Source of the DNA: a virus | Taxonomy: Duplodnaviria > Caudoviricetes | Virus record (IMG/VR): IMGVR_UViG_2974731583_000001 | Span: 1 to 64,000 of that record | Reading direction: 5' to 3' (one strand) | DNA length: 64,000 bases | Part shown: positions 28,156-40,469 of the stretch, in pieces | Numbering within the stretch: the first letter of the stretch is position 1 | Layout: every line of letters begins with the position of its first letter | The notes under the pieces: generated by a model | Told to the model about the DNA's origin: nothing | Seen by the model: the letters and a program-made list of their open reading frames with translations, nothing else | The model's database searches: none | Made by a program: the position numbers and the translations under genes

Positions 28156-30213
28156 ATGGTAGACTTTAATAAAAAGATTTATAACACCGACAAATTTAGA
28201 CAAAGTGCAATATTCTTTCAAGAGCACGGGTGTTATACATTAGCTCCCAGAGGTACTACTGATTATATTAAATTTTGGGAGCAAGAAACAAATAGATGTT
28301 TAAACGGCTATGTTGCTCCAGATGGAGATACTATAACCGGTTATCACTATTTTTATTTAAATTATAGTCCTATCATGAAATTGGACCAGGTTGAATATAC
28401 AGACAAGTTTGGTAATAAACGAACTAGGAGAGAGCGTATATTAGGCTTTCCTAGATTTTGGGACTATGATTACTATTATTTTAACGCCATAGAAGAAGCA
28501 GAGTTGCAAGGAAAACACATGGCCACACTTAAGTGTAGACAGCGTGGATATAGTTTTAAAGGTGCATCTATGCTTGTAAGGAACTACGAACTTATAAAAG
28601 GTTCTAAAAACTTTGCAGTGGCGTCAGAACAAAAGTTTTTAGTTGGAGATGGTCTTTTGACAAAGGCGTGGTAGATCATGGATTTCGTTGATAAACATAC
28701 AGCATGGTCTAAACAAAGATTAACAAGTACTCGTATGGAACGAGTATCTGGTTATAAAGTTACTGATGAATTTGGTAAACAGACTGAGCAAGGATATCAA
28801 TCTAGCATAACAGGAATAACGTTGAAAAACGACCCAGAACGTTTACGTGGTACTCGTGGAAAGCTAGTGTTGTTCGAGGAGGGTGGTAAATTCCCAAACC
28901 TAGAAACAGCATGGCGAGTAGAACAACCAGCCGTAGAAACAGACGATGGAGAGGCTTTCGGTCTTATGTGTCTTTTTGGTACTGGTGGTACAGAAGGCGG
29001 TTCGTTCGATGGATTGAAAAACATATTTTATAATCCAGAAGCATTCAACGTCCTTTCGTTTGATAACATTTGGGATGACGGAAGAGACAATACTAAATGT
29101 GGATTCTTTGTACCTTCGTGGAGCAACATGGAAGGAAACGATGAGAACGGAAATCCAAAGTACATGGATAAAGACGGAAATAGTCTAAAAGAACTGGCTA
29201 TGGAAGAACTCATCAAACAACGAAACATAGTAAAAGATGGAGGAGCTTCACAATCATCTATAGATAGATTTATATCAGAACGTCCGTTAAAACCACAAGA
29301 GGCCGTACTTGAATTAGGAAAAAACATATTTCCAAGAAAACTTTTGATGGACCAACTTACTAAAATAAGAACCAACAAAAAGATTTAGAGTATGAAACAT
29401 ATTGTAGATCTTAGTTGGGATGGAAATGGTGGAGTAAAAGCAACAGAGAAAAAGTCTGGGGATATAACAACATATCACCTAAAGAAAGATGATAAACCAG
29501 AAGGATCTATTGTTATATGGGAATACCCAATAAACGATCCTCCTTTTGGATTATATATAGGTGGGTGTGACCCTTACGACCACGACGAGTCTTTTACAAA
29601 CTCGTTAGGGTCAACGTTTATATTTAAACGTGTTCGAGCAGGAGAAGCTTGGAACGACGTTATAGTAGCAGAATATACAGGACGTCCTGCTACAGCAGAA
29701 GAGTATTATGAGAATGTTAGAAAACTATTGATATTCTATAATGCTCGATTGTTGTTTGAGAATGAACGTAAAGGTATATACCCATACTTTACAAATAAAC
29801 ATTGCGATTATTTACTTGCTGATTAGCCGGATAAGGTTATATCAGAAATATTTAAAGACAGTAAGGTCCAACGAAGAAAAGGTTGCCATATGACAAACTC
29901 GATACGTGCATATGGAGAAGGCCTTATATTAGAGTGGTTAATGGACGAATATGAAGAAGGCCACCCAAATATAGAGAGAATATACAGCGAGGCTTTACTA
30001 GAAGAGCTTATCGAAAACGATGGTGTGCGAAACGTAGACCGTGTAATTGCTCTATGTATGGTAATGCTTTATAGAGAAGAGCTTTACCAAGTTAAAGTCC
30101 GAGCTGCAAAAGAAGAGAACAAATAGGTTGAATTATTTTCTATGCCGTTGTTTGGGAAGCAATGGTTTGCTACAGACGCTACAGAAAATGATCAGCCTTT
30201 ATTTAGCTTTTAA
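28156..30213 (+). CDS. terL: Terminase large subunit (685 aa, 4 TAG)
   Basis: Walker A region KCRQRGYS, Walker B LVLFEEGGK and nuclease segments YIGGCDPYD and NVDRVIA. Four ORF-track pieces share one frame, joined at TAGs 28672, 29386, 29824 and 30124. Confidence 0.92.
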
Positions 30214-30215
30214 TA

Positions 30216-32702
30216 ATGGTTAGAGTAGAAGATAATTTATATAATGCAACATTTCCGCAATAGAAACTCCCACTATCAAAGAAAGACGAACAATGGCAAC
30301 AGGCCTGTGTAAACTACATCATTGGCGAAGGAAACGTTGTGTCTGGCGGAATGCAAAAAACAGATAATGGAGAACTACAAACATACTATAATTTATACAA
30401 CAGTATATTTGATGAAAAGGACTTTAAACGCATTACGAATCCGTTTAAGGTAGAAGACGGTTTTCCAGCAACCCCTTAGGATTTTAATATAATAAGACCT
30501 AAGGTCGACCTCCTCATTGGAGAAGAAACAAAACGTCCAATGAACTTCAGAGTAGTTCGTACATCACAAGAAGCTACTTCTGAACTTATGGATCAAGAAA
30601 AGGAAATGCTCATGCAGTATATGATGGCTTCTATTACTGCCAGATTGGGAGAAGAAGAAAGAGCAGAATTCTAGCAAAAACTAGAAAACGGTGAAATAAT
30701 GCCACCCGAACAAATTGCAAAATATATGCAACGTGATTATAAGGATGTCATTGAAAACACCGCATATCATACAATAGCATATCTAAGAGAAAAACTGATG
30801 CTCGATAATGAATTCATTAAAGGGTGGAAAGACGGACTTATTGCCGGAGTTGAAGTATATTATGTTGGTGTTTAGAACAATGAACCATATATGGAACGTG
30901 TAAACCCATTATACTTCTCTTACGACAGAAGCCCGGATTTGGAGTTTATAGAGGATGGGTCTTGGTGCTGCAGAAAAATGCGTCTACCTGTTTCGGAGAT
31001 ATACGATAGATATTACGATAAGCTTGAAGAGAAAGACTTAAATAAGTTAAACGAAATGCTTACCGGTGTTCCTGTTGGTGATATGGCACAACACGGACCG
31101 GTTGATGATTTTAATAAGATAACCATGCACATATACGATAATCCAGTGCTCGAACAAAAGAGTAGATACTGTGTAAACGTATGGCATGTTTGTTGGAAGT
31201 CTTTTAAGAAAATACAATATGTGACAACCCAAGATGAAAACGGACAACCACAAGTTACTATATGTGACGAATTCTATAAAAAAGTTGGAACAGAGTTATC
31301 TATAGAAACCGATTGGATTGTTGAAGTGTGGGAAGGATATCGAGCAGGCTCTGATTTATACTTTGGTATACAACCAATAGAATATCAATCTGTAAGTATA
31401 GATAATCCAAACAGCCAAAAGCTTCCATATTGTGGTTGTGTATACAGTAACACTAATAGTAAACCGCGTTCTCTTGTAAGCATCCTTAAACCGTTGCAGT
31501 ATATGTATATTGTATTGTGGTACAGACTTGAATTGGCCATTGCTAGAGATAAAGGTAAAGTGATAAATATGGATATTACACAGATTCCAAAGTCTATGAA
31601 TATCTCTCCAGACAGATGGATGCACTACCTTTCTAGTGTGGGCGTAAACTTTATAAATCCATACGACGATGGATGGAATGTACCAGGTAGAGAAGGTGGT
31701 AAACCAGCACAATTTAATCAAATTACAGCATTAGACCTTACCATGAGTAATGTAATATCTGAATATATTCAACTCATGGATAAGATAGAACAGCTTGCTG
31801 GAACAATCAGCGGTATTACAGAACAACGTATGGGAGCAGTAAGCTCTAATGAGCTTGTTGGTAACGTTGAGCGTTCTGTCGTACAATCTTCACATATTAC
31901 AGAACCGTTGTTCTGGGTGCACAATCAATGTAAGCGTCACGTATTAAACATGTTGTTAAACACAGCAAAAGGTGCGTGGCAGCAAACAGGTAAGAAAAAA
32001 CTGCAATACATATTCGATAATGGAGAACGTTCTTATATAGATATACAAGATAAGTTCTACTATGAAGATATGGATGTATTTGTAACAGATACGTCTAAAG
32101 ATATTGAGAATGTAGAAAAGCTTAGGCAGCTTATTCAGCCAGCTATGCAGAACGGAGCAAGCTTATTGGAGGCAGCAGAAATACTTACCAACGACAACTT
32201 CAACATCATTAAGCAGAAACTTAAAGAGATGCAACAGCGTCAAGAACAGTTGCAACAGCAACAGCAACAAACAGAGCAAGAACAGGCTGTACAGCTTCAG
32301 CAAATGCAAAACGAACAGAAACAGCAAGAGCTTATGCTTGAAGAAGCTAGAATGGATCTTGATAGATATAAGATTGATCAAGATAATGCAACTAAGATTG
32401 CTGTAGCAGAGATTTCTACTTATCGTGGTACTGAAGAAAAAGACATCAACGAAAATGGTGTTCCAGATCCACAAGAGATGTATGAAGCTGCTATAAAACA
32501 GAGAGAGATAGATTCTAATGAATTCACAAAGAGAGTTGAAGCTAAGTATAAGAAAGAGATTGAAGACAGAAAGATCGACTTAGAAAAGCAACGTATGAAC
32601 CATGAGCTGCAGCTCCAAAAGCAGAAAGACGATGCTGCTATGGAGAGAGAAAAGCTTAAGTCTCGTACAGCTCTCAGAAATAAAGTATCTGGAGAAAGAT
32701 GA
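30216..32702 (+). CDS. Portal protein (828 aa, 4 TAG)
   Basis: Follows terL. FNIIRPKVDLLIGEE and ISGITEQRMG segments and a Q-rich C-terminal coil. TAGs at 30261, 30477, 30672 and 30873. Confidence 0.88.
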
Positions 32703-33676
32703 CATTTGATGAATATTTTTCAAGGGGCGTTCCAAAGGTGAACGCTCCTAATGTATTTAGAACATCTGATGGGCAATATGTAAACGATAAAGATCAACCA
32801 CTGCGTGTTATAAACAACTCCTTAAGTGATGATCCTACGGTGTGGACATATCAGGATGAACTCGGTAATATTTATACCCCAAAATTGCAGATCCAACAGC
32901 CAACTATTCAAAAAATGACAGAAGATGAAGTACAGCGCGCTAGTGATAGAAAGGCTTATAAAGATCAAATGAATGCTTGGGCTGATAGATTTAATACTGC
33001 TGGTAATGTATTGATGGATGTTGCTGGTTTTATTCCTGCTGGAGGCGTTACTACAACCCCTATGGAGTTAGCCGGTGGGCTAAAATAGTTTGCAAAATAT
33101 GCTGTAGAAAAGGCGCCTTCTATTAGAGTTGGCAATTGGTTCTATCGTATACCAAAAGACAAAACCAAGGCGTACAGAACATTGGATCGAATTGAAGTAG
33201 ATGATATTTTATCTGGAATGCCGTTGCGGTCTAGTAGTGAAAATGAAGCAGCACAATTATATGCTGAAAAAATGAGAAAAAAGAAGTTTACATCACAACG
33301 TGGTCGTCGGTTTGGTATTTTTAAGAGCGGTGCAGAACACGGCGGCAGAAAACAATTTTCAAAAGGTCAACCTTGGACAGGAACTACAGTTACTCATGAA
33401 AAAAAGGTAGATCGAAGATATTTAAGCTTACCTGGTGATGGATTAAATTGGATTCCTGGAAGACACTATCGTGGTACAATAAAAAACAGCCTTGACTTTA
33501 ACGACGTTGGATTTGGTGAGCATATTGATTTACCGATGAAGAATGGATATACTAACGTAATTCCTGCAGAAATGCCTGGTTCGTATATATATCAGCCATA
33601 TAAGTTATTTAATCATCCTTTTGGATATAAACGTATTGATATTCCAAAATATTATAAATCTAATATTATAAAATAA
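32699..33676 (+). CDS. Hypothetical protein with a pre-toxin-TG-like segment and distinct C-terminal domain (325 aa, 1 TAG)
   Basis: Pieces 32699 and 33182 share a frame across the TAG at 33086; LMDVAGFIPAGG motif. Confidence 0.65.
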
Positions 33677-33694
33677 AAAAGTATCTGTAGAAAG

Positions 33695-34279
33695 ATGACA
33701 ACTAGTGGATTTAATGAACGGTATTAGCGATGGAAAAACGGCGAACAGGTTTATTAGGCTGGAAGAATTAAACCGTTGAATGTATTAAAATATGCACCGT
33801 GGAGTTTAGAGCAGTGGAAAGACGATATACAGCAGTATAAAGGAATTAACACTGATGATAAATCGTATGACTACGACAGATTCTTTAAAGAAAACCCGAA
33901 GGCAGCTTGGGGAATATTAAACGATAGACCAGATGCTCATTTTACAGATGGATATAAAGGTTCATTTCATCCAAGTGCTAGCAATGGATCTGTTTATAGT
34001 GGGAAATATGATCCTGTATTTAATCCCAAGGCAAAACAATTTGGAACGTGGTATGGAGATCATCTATATCGCGCTCCAAAAAATCCAGACGCTTCTTGGG
34101 ATGATATTATAAACAATGCTGTATATAATGAACCAGGTGGTTTAACAGTAGTAGATTATAATTATAACCTTCCATATCTACGCGATGGATCATTTTTCGG
34201 TGGATCGTTGCCGGAAATAACAGTGACTAGAAATAAAAAACTTAGTGTTCCAAAACCACAATGGCGAAATGAAAATTGA
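33695..34279 (+). CDS. Hypothetical protein (194 aa, 2 TAG)
   Basis: ATG 33695 is in frame with the 33776 ORF through TAGs at 33725 and 33755. Confidence 0.7.
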
Positions 34280-34429
34280 TATATTAGACCTAGATATATA
34301 TAAAGACGATGAACAGAAAGTATATTCTGGGCATTCCCACAAAAAGCTAAAGAAGTTTAAAAAATACGCAGATAAAACTGCGAAATAAATAATAAATAGT
34401 ATTTATACAAATATAGCATAATTATAATT

Positions 34430-35596
34430 ATGGCAAAGAAAAAAGAACAGAATCCAACTGGGTTTGATGAGTTGTATAGTGTATATGGTAACCCCGATGA
34501 AACAGAAGAGGTTACTGATATCGACGAACAACTCGAACAGAACATGCCCACGATTGAGGACAAAGTGAACGAAGAAGCGCCAGCTACCAACGAAGGTACT
34601 GAGGACAGCAAAAAAAATGATGATGACACCACCGTAGGTTCTACAGACGATAGTGACATCCCAGAGGACGTATTAAATAGAATGAACAATACGTCAACCA
34701 ACACAGAAGACACTACCGATACAGAGGAACACGAAGATGTTTCAGAAGAAGAGATAACTGAAGCTAATCAGGTTAGTACTCTGTTTGACGCAATCGGCGA
34801 GTCTATGGGTTGGAATATGGCGGAAATTGACGACAACGAAAAGCCAGTTACTGTAGACGAACTTACTTATTATCTACAAGAAGTAGTAAAACAAAACTCA
34901 ATTCCTGACTATGGCGACGATCGAGTTCGTCAGCTTGATGAATACGTTAAGAATGGTGGTAAGTTCGAAGACTTTTATCAAAAATAGCAACAGGCTATTT
35001 CTATCGACAACCTCGACATGGATGACGAAGCTAATCAAAAGGCAGTAGTTCGCGAGCTTCTACAGCGTAGCGGCTATACTGAAGATCAGATTAACAATAA
35101 AATTAATCGTTATCTTGATGCTGATATGCTTGTAGAGGAGTCTGAAGACGCATTAGAACGCCTTAAACACATTCGTGAAAACGAAATAGAGCAGCAACGT
35201 TTACAACAAGAACAGATTGCTAAACAGCAAGAAGAGAACTCTCGTAAGTTCTTTGATGACGTTACGTCAACAATAAACCAGCTTACTAATATTCGTGGTA
35301 TTCCGATTCCAAAGGAGGATCGTAAATCTCTATTGGACTATATATTCAAAGTAGACCAGAATGGAGAAACACAATATCAGAAAGACTTTAATGAAAATCT
35401 TGCTAAAAATCTAATTGAGTCGGCTTACTTTACAATGAAGGCTGATCAATTTGTTTCTAATGCAAAAAAGACTGGTGAAACATCCGCTGCAGAAAAACTT
35501 AGAAAAATGTTAAGACATACGACTAAAAATCACAGTTCGTATAATGTCAATGAAAAACAAAAGTCAGTTATAGACCTTGCGTCAGGACTATTTTGA
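34430..35596 (+). CDS. Acidic scaffolding-like capsid assembly protein (388 aa, 1 TAG)
   Basis: Very acidic N-terminus plus coiled coil, directly upstream of the MCP. The TAG at 34985 sits inside a QK*QQ run. Confidence 0.7.
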
Positions 35597-35621
35597 CATT
35601 CAAAATTAATCAAAATTATAT

Positions 35622-37145
35622 ATGAATAACAGTTTACTTAATAATCTCCAGCTTTATCGCGGAAAACGTTTTAGCGACCTGGTAGATGAAAACATGATTT
35701 CTAACGCATTGCTTACAAAGCCCCACGAAGTAGCAGGTCTTCTGTCTCTCGTATTTGGTACAAAGGACGACGGTGTTTCTACCGCAATCGATCTTATCAC
35801 TGGTGGTCTTGGTAAAACAATGATTATTGATAACCGCGAGTATGAATGGTCAGTACAGATTGATGGTGATCACGCTGTAAATATTCGTTGGGCAAAGTGT
35901 GATGGCGCTGAAATCACTAGCGCAAACTACTCTACAGTAACTCCAGGTATGAATGGCACACCTATTTATATCGGTTTGGAAGAGCGTTGGTTTGGTCCTG
36001 GTGCAATCCTCTCATTCGACGATATTAACTTCCAGGTTCGCATCAATGGTATGCCTTACCAAGATGGTTCTACTTGGGTATATGAGTGCTATGTAGCAGA
36101 TGGTTTCTCTGGTTCTTATATTCCTGGTGAGTTCCTTCTCCCTGGTCGTCAGGTAAGCCGTATCGGTTCTGCATATGAGGAGTACAGTGATGAGGCAGAT
36201 ATCATCAACTATCAGACTCCATTTAAGATGCGCAATAACCTCATGACAATGCGTCTTACTTACGATATCACTGGTGATGCTTATTCTACAGTACTTGCTA
36301 TTGCTCTTACTGATCCCGAAACAGGTAAGAAGAGCTACTTGTGGTCAGACTACCAGTATTGGAAGGCTCTCCGTGAGTGGAAAAAGCGTGAAGAGTATCA
36401 GCTGCTCTTTGCTAAGTCAAACCGTAACGCTGATGGTACATACAACTTGAAGGGTACTAACGGTCGTCCCGTTGCAATCTCTGCAGGTCTGTTTGAGCAG
36501 ATTAGCCCAGCAAACGTTCGTTATTACACAACTCTTACAGCTGAGTTGCTCGAGGATTATCTCTTCGACCTGTGTTATAACATTCTTGGTACAAACGAGC
36601 GTAAGTTCATGGCACTGACTGGTGAAATGGGTATCCGTGAGTTTGACCGTATCCTGAAGGAGAAAGTTGCTAGCTTCAACCTTATCGATACTACATTTGT
36701 TACTGGTTCTGGTCAGAACCTTACACTTGGTGGTCAGTTCACAACCTATAAGATGACAAACGGCATTGAGCTTACACTTAAGCGCTGTGCACTGTTTGAC
36801 AACATGGAAATGTTCCGTCAGCTTCATCCTCTGACAGGTAAACCACTTATGTCTTATACATTCCTCTTCGTAGACCTCGGTTCACGTGATGGTCAGGCTA
36901 ACGTTGTAAAGGTTTGTCGTAAGGGTCGTGAGTTTGTTCAGTGGTGCACTGGTGGTTCTGTTTTGCCTACTGGTTATGCAAACAACGTTAACACCATGCG
37001 TTCTAACAGCCGTGACGGTTACCAGGTACACTTCCTCGGTGAGGAGGGTATTATGTTGCGCAACCCATTGTCTTGTGGTGTTCTGTATTGTGATGCAGAA
37101 GATACCGAGATGAAGAACGACGGTTCAGCAATGATTGGTGCGTAA
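35622..37145 (+). CDS. Major capsid protein (crAss-like)
   Basis: 507 aa with strongly biased codon usage, no TAG, the canonical position after portal and scaffold, and a downstream hairpin. Confidence 0.88.
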   Translation: MNNSLLNNLQLYRGKRFSDLVDENMISNALLTKPHEVAGLLSLVFGTKDDGVSTAIDLITGGLGKTMIIDNREYEWSVQIDGDHAVNIRWAKCDGAEITSANYSTVTPGMNGTPIYIGLEERWFGPGAILSFDDINFQVRINGMPYQDGSTWVYECYVADGFSGSYIPGEFLLPGRQVSRIGSAYEEYSDEADIINYQTPFKMRNNLMTMRLTYDITGDAYSTVLAIALTDPETGKKSYLWSDYQYWKALREWKKREEYQLLFAKSNRNADGTYNLKGTNGRPVAISAGLFEQISPANVRYYTTLTAELLEDYLFDLCYNILGTNERKFMALTGEMGIREFDRILKEKVASFNLIDTTFVTGSGQNLTLGGQFTTYKMTNGIELTLKRCALFDNMEMFRQLHPLTGKPLMSYTFLFVDLGSRDGQANVVKVCRKGREFVQWCTGGSVLPTGYANNVNTMRSNSRDGYQVHFLGEEGIMLRNPLSCGVLYCDAEDTEMKNDGSAMIGA

Positions 37146-37171
37146 TCTCAATATAAACAATAATGTTCGAG

Positions 37172-37191
37172 CTGGGGCATTTTGCCCCAGT
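37172..37191 (+). terminator. Stem-loop after the MCP gene (terminator or mRNA-stabilising)
   Basis: CTGGGGCA-TTT-TGCCCCAG, with no clear U tract. Confidence 0.5.
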
Positions 37192-37223
37192 GTACGACAT
37201 TACAACATACTAATTAAATAATT

Positions 37224-37976
37224 ATGGTAGTTGAATTAAAAATTAAAAAGAAAAATCCCTGGGCGGGTTTGATTAAATATAAGAGTTGTTTTGATTATAT
37301 CGCTCCTTATTTTACTCGTTCTGGTTCGATTTATACGGGACTCACCCCAGAAGATGAGAAATATTTTGAAAAAGCTTTGGGTTATGAGGAAGGTCATCTT
37401 TCTAAAACAAGCGACTTTTGGACAACATTCTGTGTAAAGATTGGTGCAAAGACTCTTCTTTTAGATGATTCTATTCCTCGTCAAGCAATGATTATTAAAT
37501 TCCTTAGCGGTCACAAGCGCGTATCAACATCTTTAGATAAGCTTGATGCAGGTAAGGATTATCTGTTGATTAATCGTGAAGCAGAGGCTATTGAAGCTAA
37601 CAAGCTCAACAAGCTTCGTCGTGATGCAATTAAAGAGTTTGATAAGATGTCTATTGATCAGATGCGCAAGTGTCTTAGAATCTATGGTGTTAAGAGTGAT
37701 ACAATGTCTAATGAACTTGTAGAGTCTACTTTGTTTGGATTCGTAGACAAGAATCCTAAAAAGTTCTTTACTAAGTGGGTCAACAATAAGACCAAAGATA
37801 CAGAGTATATTCTTGAAGCAGCTATTGCAAAAGGTGTTATTCGTAAAGATAAGACTCATTATTTCTACGGCAGCGACATGTTTGCAGATTCGTTAGAAGA
37901 TGCTATTGCATATTTGGACTCAAAGAAGAATCAAGACCTTAAGCTTTCAATAATTAACGAAACAAACAATAAGTGA
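37224..37976 (+). CDS. Structural-module protein downstream of the MCP
   Basis: 250 aa, biased codons, no TAG. Confidence 0.8.
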   Translation: MVVELKIKKKNPWAGLIKYKSCFDYIAPYFTRSGSIYTGLTPEDEKYFEKALGYEEGHLSKTSDFWTTFCVKIGAKTLLLDDSIPRQAMIIKFLSGHKRVSTSLDKLDAGKDYLLINREAEAIEANKLNKLRRDAIKEFDKMSIDQMRKCLRIYGVKSDTMSNELVESTLFGFVDKNPKKFFTKWVNNKTKDTEYILEAAIAKGVIRKDKTHYFYGSDMFADSLEDAIAYLDSKKNQDLKLSIINETNNK

Positions 37977-37999
37977 TTTAATCACAAAACATATGAGAT

Positions 38000-38884
38000 A
38001 TGACGCATAAAGACATATATACTAAATTCATGATAGAATATGACAAGGCTAATCTTACTTCGTCATATCCATCGTTAACAGAATATGAGGTTGCTACCGT
38101 TCTTGATAAAGCGTATAATGCACTAATTGCACAAAAGATTACAGGAAACAATTATCGTAGATCTACTCTCGAATCTGACATAAAATCTACTGCTGATTTA
38201 GAGCCGCTTATTCGTAGAAAGAAGATGACTGCTAAAACGCTGAGAGATTTGAACGTAATGTACGCCGATCAGCCAGAAAACATGCTGTATTATATTGAAG
38301 CGTTGCTCTATACTAATGGGATTACTCTAAATAAAGATACTAAGGATGCAAATCAGTCTTACGATCCATATGACGGAATTACACTAAGAACAATGCCAAC
38401 GCAGCTTGTTACGCACAAAGCGGCTGAAAAGTTTATAGTAAGTTCTTCTAATCTACCATGGGTAAAGAATCCAGTATGCTATTTGGAAAACAACAAAATA
38501 TTCTTTGTGTATGACCCAATAAATAAACCAGCGTTACGTAATTCAGAAACAGGTTTAAATGAAAACAATCAATCTACTCCTGTTGTAACAGCTTCGCTAC
38601 AAAACGACGAAGATAATCCATACGTAGATGGCGGTCAATATGGAGACTTTGAGATTGTATATATAAAAACTCCAAATAAGTTTGTAAAAGACCTACAAAA
38701 TCCACAAACAGGTTGGGTTAGTTATTTTGATTGGTCTACTGCTGAAACTCCCGATGCGTATAAATTTGAGTGCAATGAAACAATGGCAGAAGAGCTTATA
38801 AGTCTTGCAGTAATGTTTGCGTTGGAGAATGTAGAGTCTCAAAGACTTGGTACTAAACTTAATATGAGAGGACTTGAAGCATGA
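38000..38884 (+). CDS. Putative tail ring/connector protein
   Basis: 294 aa. Shares an N-terminal F..E...helix and C-terminal ExxEEI-like pattern with the next two genes. Confidence 0.65.
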   Translation: MTHKDIYTKFMIEYDKANLTSSYPSLTEYEVATVLDKAYNALIAQKITGNNYRRSTLESDIKSTADLEPLIRRKKMTAKTLRDLNVMYADQPENMLYYIEALLYTNGITLNKDTKDANQSYDPYDGITLRTMPTQLVTHKAAEKFIVSSSNLPWVKNPVCYLENNKIFFVYDPINKPALRNSETGLNENNQSTPVVTASLQNDEDNPYVDGGQYGDFEIVYIKTPNKFVKDLQNPQTGWVSYFDWSTAETPDAYKFECNETMAEELISLAVMFALENVESQRLGTKLNMRGLEA

Positions 38885-39702
38885 CACTAGAACAAACACG
38901 ATTATTAGGTATTGAATTCGAAAGACGAATACAAACCATGATACCAGATAGAGAGCTTGAAAAACTTGATACAGAAACAATATATTCGTTTCTAAATCAG
39001 TATCAAGATAAGTATGTCCACGATATATACAGAAATCTTGACAAAATTCCATCTGGTACTAAGCTGTCTGCACATGTTGAGTCTGTACTACAAGCGATGA
39101 TTAAAACTGAAGATATTTCGATCGATGCTTCTGGTGTAGTAAACAATACAAGTAGTATTACTGATCCAAATGGGGTTACTATATCAAATACAGGTCGTTC
39201 TGTAACATATCCTCTTAGCGAGCAGTTCTATATGTATATTAGAAGTGTATCTAAGGTATCAAGTTCCTTTAGCTTTAGATCTGCAAAAACTGGTAATGCT
39301 ACATCAATTCGCGTATTGCCAAATCAACTTGTATCACAAACAGACGTATGGAAGCTTATTGAAACTCCACATGATAGTTTACGTATAATGAGATATCCTG
39401 CTGCAGTATTAAATAAGTACGCTGGAACTAAACCTACTATTACAGTACTTTACGACCAGTATACAAAGCCAGAAGGTATTTCAATAGTATACTATTCAGA
39501 GCCAGCACATTTTGATCTTATGTCATCTACTCCATGCGAATTACCAATGGATGTGTTTGAAGATATTGTATCTGGTGCAGTTGATTTGTATGTACAGTAT
39601 GCAGCTGGTGCAGAAGCAAATAAACGCAGACAAGACGAAGCTGTACGTAAACAGCAGCAACAAGAACAAGCCAACAGAAGAAATAATAACGACGAAGATT
39701 AA
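38881..39702 (+). CDS. Putative tail ring/connector protein
   Basis: 273 aa; C-terminal YYSEP...CELPMDVFEDIVSGAV. Confidence 0.65.
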   Translation: MTLEQTRLLGIEFERRIQTMIPDRELEKLDTETIYSFLNQYQDKYVHDIYRNLDKIPSGTKLSAHVESVLQAMIKTEDISIDASGVVNNTSSITDPNGVTISNTGRSVTYPLSEQFYMYIRSVSKVSSSFSFRSAKTGNATSIRVLPNQLVSQTDVWKLIETPHDSLRIMRYPAAVLNKYAGTKPTITVLYDQYTKPEGISIVYYSEPAHFDLMSSTPCELPMDVFEDIVSGAVDLYVQYAAGAEANKRRQDEAVRKQQQQEQANRRNNNDED

Positions 39703-39704
39703 TT

Positions 39705-40391
39705 ATGAGGTGTGTTGATTTAATTGCAGCTTTTGAATTGGAGATAAACAAGATTGATGATACAATTCAAAAACCTGTAACAGACGATTCACTGTATTGG
39801 ATTAATCAAGCTGTTATGAAGTTTGTAAAAGATAGATTTAACGGAAATGCTCCAAAACGTACATCATACGAGCAAAACGAAAAACGTACTAGAGATCTAA
39901 TTAAACTCCTTAAGGAAGAAAAGAAAGAGACTCCGGAAGTTATTCCGCATGTAAACTATGATGAATACGAATATGATTATCCAACAGATATGATGTTTGT
40001 ATTAAACGAAGATGTTGTAATATCCGATATGAACGGCGAACACCAAATGGACACATGTATTTTTGAGTGTACTGCCGATAGTTTTATGTACAGAATTAAC
40101 AATTCTCTTACAGACTTTCATTATAGATATCATAGAGCTCGTCCGTTAAGAATCAGGACAAACGATGGTTTTCGTCTGTTGACAGATAAAAAGTATAAAA
40201 TTGATTCTTACACGGTAGGATATTTAAAGGTTCCTACTGAAATAACAAATGAAAATCCTTTAACTGAGTACAACGATTTTGAAGATCATATATGGTTTGA
40301 AATCACTAAGATTGCAGCGCAGATGTATATAGAGAATCAATCCGACCCGCGCTATAAAACCATCACAAACGAAGTACTCACACAAGAATAA
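39705..40391 (+). CDS. Putative tail ring/connector protein
   Basis: 228 aa; YLKVP...HIWFEITKIAA. Confidence 0.65.
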   Translation: MRCVDLIAAFELEINKIDDTIQKPVTDDSLYWINQAVMKFVKDRFNGNAPKRTSYEQNEKRTRDLIKLLKEEKKETPEVIPHVNYDEYEYDYPTDMMFVLNEDVVISDMNGEHQMDTCIFECTADSFMYRINNSLTDFHYRYHRARPLRIRTNDGFRLLTDKKYKIDSYTVGYLKVPTEITNENPLTEYNDFEDHIWFEITKIAAQMYIENQSDPRYKTITNEVLTQE

Positions 40392-40469
40392 GTTTAATTT
40401 TAACGTGGAAACCCCAGCCAGTTAGGTCTGGCATTTAAGTATAGGGGGAGTAGAAAAAATTATTTAAAT

